This document shows positions 47,648 to 55,318 of a stretch of DNA of 64,000 bases, one piece after another. The stretch lies in the NCBI GenBank assembly GCA_038222655.1, contig JBBRHM010000001.1, positions 3,350 to 67,349 on the forward strand. Reading direction: 5' to 3'. The stretch comes from Chitinophagales bacterium (GTDB lineage Bacteria > Bacteroidota > Bacteroidia > Chitinophagales > Chitinophagaceae). The notes under the pieces are model-generated. The model made no database searches. It saw nothing but the letters and a program-made list of their open reading frames with translations, and was not told where the DNA came from. How positions within the stretch are numbered: the stretch's first letter is position 1; each line of letters opens with the position of its first letter. The position numbers and the translations under genes were made by a program.

Positions 47648-48382
47648 ATGACACATACCTATACAGTAACCGGCATGACCTGCACAGGGTGCCAGGCAAA
47701 AGTGCAACAACTGCTATCACAAATACCCGGCATTCAACAAGTAGCTATTGATTTGGCTAAGGCTGAAGCCACCTTATCCATGGAAACGCATGTGCCTACA
47801 GAACAATTGCAGGCAGCGCTAAAAGACTATCCCAAATATCAACTCAGTGATCAAAAAGCGCCAATACCGGCACGGCTGGAATTATCGGAAGAAAAAAAAT
47901 CATGGCTAACCACTTATAAACCTATTCTTCTGATTGGTGCATACATTACAGGTATTTCATTAATAATGGAACTCGTAAATAATACCTTTCAATGGCAGTC
48001 ATGGATGGAACATTTTATGGCGGGATTCTTCCTTACTTTCTCATTCTTTAAATTATTAAATATTGAAGGGTTTGCCGATAGTTATGCCATGTATGATGTA
48101 ATTGCAAAAAAAATACGCGTATGGGGTTATATCTATCCATTTGTTGAATTAATGCTGGGTATTGCTTACCTGACATCCTTTAGTCCTGTATATACCAATA
48201 TGGTCACTTTCCTTATCATGTCGATCAGTATGATAGGTGTATTACAAAGCGTTCTTGCTAAAAGAAAAATAAAATGTGCCTGTCTGGGTGCCGTGTTTGA
48301 TTTGCCCATGAGTACTATAACCATTATTGAAGATCTTGCCATGATTGCCATGAGTGGTGCTATGCTATTAGTAATGTTATAA
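47648..48382 (+). CDS. HMA-domain plus MauE/DoxX-like membrane protein
   Basis: GMTCTGC, then TM helices and a CACLG motif. Confidence 0.85.
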   Translation: MTHTYTVTGMTCTGCQAKVQQLLSQIPGIQQVAIDLAKAEATLSMETHVPTEQLQAALKDYPKYQLSDQKAPIPARLELSEEKKSWLTTYKPILLIGAYITGISLIMELVNNTFQWQSWMEHFMAGFFLTFSFFKLLNIEGFADSYAMYDVIAKKIRVWGYIYPFVELMLGIAYLTSFSPVYTNMVTFLIMSISMIGVLQSVLAKRKIKCACLGAVFDLPMSTITIIEDLAMIAMSGAMLLVML

Positions 48383-48467
48383 TGACCTGAAAACCAACCT
48401 ATTTAAAATAATTAACAACTCCTGTATTCCGTCAGTAGAAAATAATGATACCTTTACCTTGTTAAAA

Positions 48468-48854
48468 ATGAAAAAGTTTCTTGTAACCATATTGGCTTTA
48501 GTATATCTCTCCGTTTCGAGTGGGGCCACTATCAGTATGCATTACTGCATGGGAAAGCTAATGGCCTGGGAGTTGCAAGAAACAAGGAATACTGCTTGCG
48601 GCACTTGTGGCATGGAAAAATCAAGTCACAAAGGATGTTGCAAAGACGAACAAAAAAAATTACAGATTGATAAAGACCAGAAAATTTCTGAATCTTCTTT
48701 TCATTTTCTAAAGATTACGCCGGAGGCAATGAATTTTCATTCCCGGTCCTTCTTTTATTCATCGCTTTTTTCAATTAATTATCCCCTTGCGCATGGACCT
48801 CCTGCATTAACGACCGTGCCGATTTTTATTCGTAATTGCAACTTCCGCATTTAA
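48468..48854 (+). CDS. Cys/His-rich small exported protein (HYC..CC..PP type)
   Basis: Hydrophobic N-terminus, MHYCMG, CGTCG, GCCKD, AHGPP near the C-terminus; start ATG 48468. Confidence 0.75.
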   Translation: MKKFLVTILALVYLSVSSGATISMHYCMGKLMAWELQETRNTACGTCGMEKSSHKGCCKDEQKKLQIDKDQKISESSFHFLKITPEAMNFHSRSFFYSSLFSINYPLAHGPPALTTVPIFIRNCNFRI

Positions 48855-49002
48855 TAGTTTTCTCCTTGTAACATACTCGGCTTTCTGCCGTAATGGGCCA
48901 TGCAATATCAGTTGCCCAGTCTTAGTCTTACTATTATCATCAAAATAGGTTTCAGCATTAGCGTATACTAGTGTTGCTGCCTATACCACTAAAAAAAATA
49001 CA

Positions 49003-49461
49003 ATGAAAACTTTCAAAATAATATTTGCCATACTGTTTGCATTTTCAATAAGCCAATCAGTTCATGCTCAAAGTAATAAATCAGATCGTATAAAAGACGA
49101 TAAAAAATCTGTTACCCTGGTAGAATATACATGTCCTATGCATCCGGATGTAACGAGTGATAAACCCGGCAAATGTTCTAAATGCGGAATGTATCTTAAC
49201 CGTTCAAAAAAAGAACAGCTGAAACAGGATGCAGTAAACTATACCTGTTCCATGCACCCCGACGTAGTGAGTGATAAGCCCGGCCAATGTGCTAAATGTG
49301 GCATGAATTTACATCTTTCCAAAAAGGAAGAAATGAAATCAGCTGTGATAAATGGGTATACCTGCCCTATGGATACGGATGTAAAGAGTGATAAACCCGG
49401 CAAATGTCCCAAATGCGGTATGACAATGGCTGCCGCAAAAACAAAAGTTAAGAAAGCATAA
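49003..49461 (+). CDS. Exported protein with three heavy-metal-binding (HMBD) repeats
   Basis: Signal peptide; YTCPMHP..PGKCSKCGM, YTCSMHP..PGQCAKCGM, YTCPMDT..PGKCPKCGM. Confidence 0.85.
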   Translation: MKTFKIIFAILFAFSISQSVHAQSNKSDRIKDDKKSVTLVEYTCPMHPDVTSDKPGKCSKCGMYLNRSKKEQLKQDAVNYTCSMHPDVVSDKPGQCAKCGMNLHLSKKEEMKSAVINGYTCPMDTDVKSDKPGKCPKCGMTMAAAKTKVKKA

Positions 49462-49499
49462 ACCTTATTTATTTACATTGATCATTTAAAATTAGTATC

Positions 49500-49988
49500 A
49501 TGAAAACATTTATTTTTTTAATAGCAGGTCTTATTTGTATGTCAGCATCTGCACAGGTATCTAAGGTTACCATACAGGCTAGTGGGCTAACCTGCAGTAT
49601 GTGTAGTAATTCTATCAACAAATCTTTGAAGACGATTGATTTTGTTCAGAATGTAAATCCAAATATTCAGAATTCTTCTTTTGAAATAACTTTTAAAACA
49701 GGATCTGCAGTTGATTTTGACAAGCTGAAAAAAAAGGTAGAAGATGCGGGATTTACGGTTGCCAGCTTTACAGCCCTCGTTAACTTCAATAATGTACAGG
49801 TTAAAGCTAACCAGCCGATCAAGGTTGGTGACAAAACACTATATATTCTCAATGCAAAAGATCTGTCGTTGAATGGGGCAAAGCAGATAAGAGTACTTGA
49901 TAAAGGCTTTGTATCAGGCAAAGAATTTAAAAAGAATGTATTAGCTACTGCCGGTGGCGGCAACGGTACCTATAATGTAACTATTTAA
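49500..49988 (+). CDS. Exported HMA-domain metal chaperone
   Basis: Signal peptide, GLTCSMC, V.DAGF. Confidence 0.8.
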   Translation: MKTFIFLIAGLICMSASAQVSKVTIQASGLTCSMCSNSINKSLKTIDFVQNVNPNIQNSSFEITFKTGSAVDFDKLKKKVEDAGFTVASFTALVNFNNVQVKANQPIKVGDKTLYILNAKDLSLNGAKQIRVLDKGFVSGKEFKKNVLATAGGGNGTYNVTI

Positions 49989-49994
49989 GTATAC

Positions 49995-50025
49995 AGGTGG
50001 TTTTACCTCCTAGGTAAAACCACCT
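49995..50025. other. Perfect intergenic hairpin
   Basis: AGGTGGTTTTACCT-cct-AGGTAAAACCACCT, 14-bp stem, no T-tract. Confidence 0.7.
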
Positions 50026-50038
50026 TAAATCTTACCAG

Positions 50039-50848
50039 ATGAAAACCAAACTACTCATAGCCATGTTGCTTGTTTCCTTAACGGGCATGGCACAGGAGCT
50101 TTTTGTATTTACAGAACCGGCCAGTAATATGGCAGCAAAAAGTATAGGGTTACGGTTGAATAATTTTATCATGCCGGAAACCTATACAAACAAAACCAAC
50201 TACAACCTTGTTCCTGAGATAATGTTAGGTGTTTCCAAAAAACTGATGGTACATGGCGATCTTTTTTTTAGTAACCGCAACAAACCATTCTCTGCGGAAG
50301 GTGCGAGCGTGTATGCTAAGTATCGTTTTATAAGTAATGATGAGGTTCAAAGACATTTCCGCATGGCCGCCTATGGCAGGTATAGTTTTAACAACGGCAC
50401 TATTGACCAGGAAGAGATTAATTTATATGGGCGTAATACGGGTTATGAAGCTGGTATTATTGCCACGCAACTACTGCATAAAGTGGCCCTTTCTTCCGGC
50501 TTATCATTTACAAAAGCTATGGACAATGGAGGTAATCATACATTCATATATGGGAAGCCCGACAGTAAAGCCATCAATTATACCTTATCAATTGGAAAAT
50601 TAATGTTGCCAAAAGAATATACCGATTATAAACAAACCAATGTTAACCTGATGGTAGAGTTCCTTAACCAATTGAACCTGGGGTCAGGCAAATATTATAT
50701 GGATGTTGCGCCATCCGTGCAGTTTATATTTAACAGCGTTGCCCGGGTTGATATCAGTTACCGGAAAGAGTTAACCAGTACTTTATTCAGGACGGCCGCA
50801 GATGGATTTTTTGTGCGTCTGGAATACAATTTGTTTAATGCGTTTTAA
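50039..50848 (+). CDS. Uncharacterised outer-membrane beta-barrel-like protein
   Basis: Signal peptide, alternating aromatic/hydrophobic strands, C-terminal Phe. Confidence 0.6.
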   Translation: MKTKLLIAMLLVSLTGMAQELFVFTEPASNMAAKSIGLRLNNFIMPETYTNKTNYNLVPEIMLGVSKKLMVHGDLFFSNRNKPFSAEGASVYAKYRFISNDEVQRHFRMAAYGRYSFNNGTIDQEEINLYGRNTGYEAGIIATQLLHKVALSSGLSFTKAMDNGGNHTFIYGKPDSKAINYTLSIGKLMLPKEYTDYKQTNVNLMVEFLNQLNLGSGKYYMDVAPSVQFIFNSVARVDISYRKELTSTLFRTAADGFFVRLEYNLFNAF

Positions 50849-50875
50849 GGGTGAGAATCAAGCTACTGAAAGTGG

Positions 50876-50936
50876 CAATCATGTAAGTTTTTAGGGCAAT
50901 TGTATAACTTTAAGAAGGCGTCAACTATTAATTTTG
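50876..50936 (+). promoter_or_regulatory. Second copy of the tandem repeat plus -7 box TAATTTTG
   Basis: CAATCATGTAAG (50876) and CAATTGTATAAC (50897), 21 bp apart; -7 box starts 32 nt after the second repeat, as at 47592/47624. Confidence 0.6.
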
Positions 50937-50945
50937 TAGTACTCC

Positions 50946-51398
50946 ATGATAACAAACAGATCAATACAGTTCAAAGCGGCTTTCCTGCTTGTTGTATTCG
51001 CATTGAATACAGTAGTAGGCTTTGCCTGTTCTGTGGGTGTGGATATGGGATTTAATACTTCACACCATGGGCCTGAATTAAAAGGCACAGTGCATATTCA
51101 TAAAGATGGAAAAAAGCATTTGCACAAATCAGGTAACGATAAACACCATCATGCTAACAAACAGGCGGCTTCAAAGAAAGATGATTGCTGCAAGGATAAG
51201 GTAATCAAATTACAAACCTCTGATAAAAGCTCTCAATACGCACAAACAGTAATTAAAGCCCCTGAATTTAACGTAAACTCCATTTTTCAAACACCGGTTT
51301 TTAATACAGTAAAGGGTGTAAGACAAAAAGAGATAGATTACTATTTTCATCCGCCGCCCCGTAATATCTACTTACACATCCAGCATTTGCTGATATGA
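50946..51398 (+). CDS. His/Cys-rich small protein with C-terminal polyproline
   Basis: Hydrophobic N-terminus, FAC, HHG..HIH..KHLH..KHHH, DDCCKD, FHPPPR. Confidence 0.7.
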   Translation: MITNRSIQFKAAFLLVVFALNTVVGFACSVGVDMGFNTSHHGPELKGTVHIHKDGKKHLHKSGNDKHHHANKQAASKKDDCCKDKVIKLQTSDKSSQYAQTVIKAPEFNVNSIFQTPVFNTVKGVRQKEIDYYFHPPPRNIYLHIQHLLI

Positions 51399-51474
51399 TT
51401 TGATGTAAATTTTACTACTTCATGGCTATGCCATGTCTGTAATCCATTCTTTACTACTATTAAATCATACAAAA

Positions 51475-52056
51475 ATGAAAAATATAATTATAGGGATTGC
51501 CCTTACTTCTATCGCAATTACAGCTTGTAATACCAGCCCTGACAAAAATAAAGATGCAATACTAGTTAACAGTGCTGACGTAAAAGAGGTTACTGAATCA
51601 CCAAAAAAAGATCCTAATGTGGATGGGGCGATGCGTGAAATGATCAGTCAGTATTTACAAATAAAGAACGCCTTAGCGAATGATAATGGTAAGGATGCTG
51701 CCAATGCAGGCAATGCTTTTGTAGAATCTATGGGCAAAATGGAAAAAAATTCATTATCGCCGGAGAAAAAGAAAGTATGGGATGATCTTTCTGATGACGC
51801 CAAGGAAATGGCTGAACACATAGGCAAGAATGGAGATAAGCTCGCGCACCAACGGGAGCATTTTGACATGCTTAGCAAAGACATGTATGATATGGTGAAA
51901 ACATTTGGAGCAAGCCAGCCACTATATAATGATTATTGCCCCATGTATAATAATAACAAAGGCGCAACCTGGTTAAGTGAAACCAAAGAAATAAAAAATC
52001 CATACCTCGGTAAAAAAATGCCCACTTGCGGTTCAGTTAAAGAAGAGATGAAATAA
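51475..52056 (+). CDS. DUF3347-like metal-binding lipoprotein
   Basis: Lipobox ITAC (start ATG 51475), YLQIKNALAND, QREHF, YCPM, WLS...IKNPYLG..MPTCG. Confidence 0.8.
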   Translation: MKNIIIGIALTSIAITACNTSPDKNKDAILVNSADVKEVTESPKKDPNVDGAMREMISQYLQIKNALANDNGKDAANAGNAFVESMGKMEKNSLSPEKKKVWDDLSDDAKEMAEHIGKNGDKLAHQREHFDMLSKDMYDMVKTFGASQPLYNDYCPMYNNNKGATWLSETKEIKNPYLGKKMPTCGSVKEEMK

Positions 52057-52062
52057 TTAAAG

Positions 52063-52536
52063 ATGAACTGGAAAAAGAAAATATTGCTTTCAGTCATAGC
52101 CGTATTTATCATTATACAATTTATACAACCTGTCCACAACACAAGCGGGCAGGTATTACCGGCAGATATCACCCAAACATTGAGTGTTCCGGATAATGTG
52201 AGAGAGATTTTTACAAAGGCCTGTAATGATTGTCATAGTAACCATACCCGGTACCCATGGTATGTATATATACAACCCATAGGATGGATGATGGAAAACC
52301 ATATTAAGAAAGGAAAAGAAAATCTGAATTTTAGTGAGTTTGGAAATTACTCAAAAAGAAAACAAGCTAATAAGCTTAGATCAATTGGAATAAGCCTTGA
52401 AGATGGGTCAATGCCGCTCTACGGATATACTATACTGCACCAAGCGGCGAGACTGAGTACAGAAGAGAAAAAAATGATTATTGCCTGGGTATCCAATACA
52501 AAAGACAGTCTTTCAAAAAACCAGTATGGAAAATGA
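52063..52536 (+). CDS. Haem-binding-domain (c-type) protein
   Basis: ACNDCHS (CxxCH), YPWY, LNFSE, MPL..Y...H. Confidence 0.82.
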   Translation: MNWKKKILLSVIAVFIIIQFIQPVHNTSGQVLPADITQTLSVPDNVREIFTKACNDCHSNHTRYPWYVYIQPIGWMMENHIKKGKENLNFSEFGNYSKRKQANKLRSIGISLEDGSMPLYGYTILHQAARLSTEEKKMIIAWVSNTKDSLSKNQYGK

Positions 52537-52607
52537 AAAAATTAAAAATAATCTTCATCAAAATTTTTAAAGCAATTTTTATCAGGAAAAAAGATTGCTG
52601 TAAATAA
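52533..52607 (+). CDS. Putative 24-aa peptide MKKLKIIFIKIFKAIFIRKKDCCK (not in track)
   Basis: ATG overlaps the upstream stop (ATGA); stop TAA 52605-52607 is 8 nt before the next ATG. Confidence 0.55.
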   Translation: MKKLKIIFIKIFKAIFIRKKDCCK

Positions 52608-52615
52608 CAGAATAT

Positions 52616-53182
52616 ATGGGAGACATACAAGCTATAATATTTGTAGTACCGGTCATTGCATTGATACTGACAAGTATATTGTATCTCTATTGTCTACATA
52701 CAGTTACCGATAAGAAAGGTTTTACTACATTCGTTTTTATAGCAGCTGCTTTAGCTTTTCTGTTAAACTTTACATGGGAAGTAATTCAAATACCGCTATA
52801 TAAAGGTTCGTCTTTTACGGCAAATCATATTGCATTTTGTGCACTGGGGTCACTCGCAGATGTGATAATGGTTTTACTTCTCTACCTGGGGTTTGCATTT
52901 ATATTTAGAAAACCATTTTGGATACAGGATGCAAGATGGCAAAAAGTAATCATACTGATTTTGATAGGTGCAATAGGGGCCATTTTATCTGAGATGCGAC
53001 ATTTATCATTAGGAAGTTGGTCCTATGATGATTCGATGCCTATCATTCCGGTTGTGAAAGTGGGTATATCACCCGTATTGCAATTTATGATTCTGCCGCT
53101 GATAATTTATCGGATAAGCTTTAACTACTCATTACTAATGAAACGAAGAAAAGAAAAGAAATTTTACTCACACCAATTATAA
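52616..53182 (+). CDS. Hypothetical multi-pass membrane protein
   Basis: About 5 TM helices, NFTWEVIQ.PLY, HIAFC, G.SP..Q. Confidence 0.65.
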   Translation: MGDIQAIIFVVPVIALILTSILYLYCLHTVTDKKGFTTFVFIAAALAFLLNFTWEVIQIPLYKGSSFTANHIAFCALGSLADVIMVLLLYLGFAFIFRKPFWIQDARWQKVIILILIGAIGAILSEMRHLSLGSWSYDDSMPIIPVVKVGISPVLQFMILPLIIYRISFNYSLLMKRRKEKKFYSHQL

Positions 53183-53184
53183 AA

Positions 53185-55251
53185 ATGGAACACAATCATC
53201 ATAAGGAAGCACCTGCCAAAACTCCCACTATGGATCATTCCGGTATGCACCATGATGCCATGCAACATAGTACCGGGCCAGGCATGGGAATGGAAGGCCA
53301 TAACCATCATGCCATGATGATTGCTGATTTTAAAAAGCGGTTTTATGTGGTGCTGATACTGACTATTCCTATCATGCTGCTATCGGCAATGATACAGCAA
53401 TTTATGGGCGTAAACTGGCAGTTTAAAGGCTCTTCCTATATACTATTCGCACTATCATCCATAGTATTCGTTTATGGCGGATGGCCTTTTTTAAAGGGGT
53501 TAGTTGATGAAGTGAAAACAAAGAATCCCGGTATGATGTTTTTAATTGGCTTTGCTATATCCGTAGCTTACATCTACAGTGTAGCTATTGTATTTGGCCT
53601 ACAGGGTATGGATTTCTTTTGGGAACTGGCCACCTTAATACTCATTATGCTTTTAGGTCACTGGATAGAAATGAAATCTGTAGCCGGAGCCTCAAAAGAA
53701 TTGGAGTTGTTAGTACAATTGATGCCGTCAGATGCGCATATGGTTATGCCTGATATGGTACATGATGTACAGACAGCTAGCCTAAAAGAAAAGGATATTA
53801 TCCTCGTAAAGCCTGGCGAAAAAGTGGCCGCGGATGGCATCATCCTTGAAGGTGAGAGTTATCTAAATGAATCTATGCTTACCGGCGAATCAAAACCGGT
53901 ACAAAAAATTAAAGGAGATAAAGTAATTGCCGGGTCAATTAATGGCAATGGTTCCATAAAAGTTACCATCTCTCATGCTGCAAAAGATTCCTATCTCTCA
54001 CAGGTAATCAAATTAGTGGAAGATGCACAAAAATCAAAATCAAAAACCCAGCTACTGGCAGATACCGCTGCAAAATGGTTAACGGTTATTGCTATTATTT
54101 CAGGCATCGCTACTTTTTTGTATTGGTTTTTAACAGGCCAGTCTCTAGCATTTTCGATGGAACGAATGGTTACGGTAATTGTAATTTGTTGCCCCCATGC
54201 TTTAGGACTCGCAGTGCCTTTAGTGGTTGCCAAATCAACCGCCCTATCTGCTAAAAACGGTTTACTCATTAAAAACCGGACAGCTTTTGAAAACGCAAGA
54301 AAAATCACCACTATCGTATTTGACAAAACGGGCACTTTAACGGTTGGGAAATTTGAAGTATCCAAAATTATTTCCCTTCAAAGCGGTGTTACAGAAAATG
54401 AAATTATACGCCTGGCTTCCGCGTTAGAGCAAAAATCGGAACATCCTATTGCTACGGGCATCCTGCAAAAAGGGAAAGATTTATCCATCGCTGTTCCTGC
54501 CACTGAAAATTTTAATGCTATTACTGGTAAAGGTGTAGAAGCTACGGTAGACGGCAAAAAGATAAGGGTAGTAAGTCCCGGCTATTTAAAAGAAAACAAT
54601 ATTTCTATCCCCGCAGAATTCACGGCCAATGATACGGAAACAGTTGTGTTTGTATTAATCAATGATGGGATGGCAGGATACATCGCCTTATCAGATCAGA
54701 TACGACCTGAATCAGCAGAAGCGATCAGTACCTTACAGAAAAATCACATCAAATCAATTTTACTAACCGGCGATAACCGCAACGTAGCAAAAACAGTGAG
54801 TGAAACATTAGGGATGGATAGCTTTATTGCCGAAGTATTGCCGCACCAGAAATTAGAAAAGATAAAAGAGCTGCAAGGAAAAGGAGAATTTGTAGCAATG
54901 ACGGGTGACGGCGTAAATGATGCACCGGCCCTTGCGCAAGCAGATGTAGGCATTGCCGTAGGCAGTGGCAGTGATATAGCTGCAGAAACAGCAGGTATTG
55001 TTTTAGTGAACAGTAATCCTAAAGATATTGTGAGTTTACTCTTATTTGGCAAAGCCACTTATAGAAAGATGATTCAAAATTTAATTTGGGCAACCGGCTA
55101 CAATATAATTGCGCTGCCATTGGCAGCCGGTGTTTTATATAAGCAGGGCATATTATTAAGTCCCGCGGCCGGTGCGGTTTTGATGACAGTAAGTACCGTA
55201 GTGGTTGCCATTAATGCAAGTATGTTAAGCGTACAAAAAAGTAAACTTTAA
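53185..55251 (+). CDS. copB: Copper-translocating P1B-3-type ATPase with His/Met-rich N-terminus
   Basis: TGES, CPH (ICCPHALGLA), DKTGT, SEHP, GDGVNDAPAL, YN and MxxST TM motifs. Confidence 0.93.
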   Translation: MEHNHHKEAPAKTPTMDHSGMHHDAMQHSTGPGMGMEGHNHHAMMIADFKKRFYVVLILTIPIMLLSAMIQQFMGVNWQFKGSSYILFALSSIVFVYGGWPFLKGLVDEVKTKNPGMMFLIGFAISVAYIYSVAIVFGLQGMDFFWELATLILIMLLGHWIEMKSVAGASKELELLVQLMPSDAHMVMPDMVHDVQTASLKEKDIILVKPGEKVAADGIILEGESYLNESMLTGESKPVQKIKGDKVIAGSINGNGSIKVTISHAAKDSYLSQVIKLVEDAQKSKSKTQLLADTAAKWLTVIAIISGIATFLYWFLTGQSLAFSMERMVTVIVICCPHALGLAVPLVVAKSTALSAKNGLLIKNRTAFENARKITTIVFDKTGTLTVGKFEVSKIISLQSGVTENEIIRLASALEQKSEHPIATGILQKGKDLSIAVPATENFNAITGKGVEATVDGKKIRVVSPGYLKENNISIPAEFTANDTETVVFVLINDGMAGYIALSDQIRPESAEAISTLQKNHIKSILLTGDNRNVAKTVSETLGMDSFIAEVLPHQKLEKIKELQGKGEFVAMTGDGVNDAPALAQADVGIAVGSGSDIAAETAGIVLVNSNPKDIVSLLLFGKATYRKMIQNLIWATGYNIIALPLAAGVLYKQGILLSPAAGAVLMTVSTVVVAINASMLSVQKSKL

Positions 55252-55318
55252 AAAAAGGTGTTAGATAACAACAATTGATTATCTAACTTTTAAAAAAAGA
55301 TTCATAAAATTCTAATAA

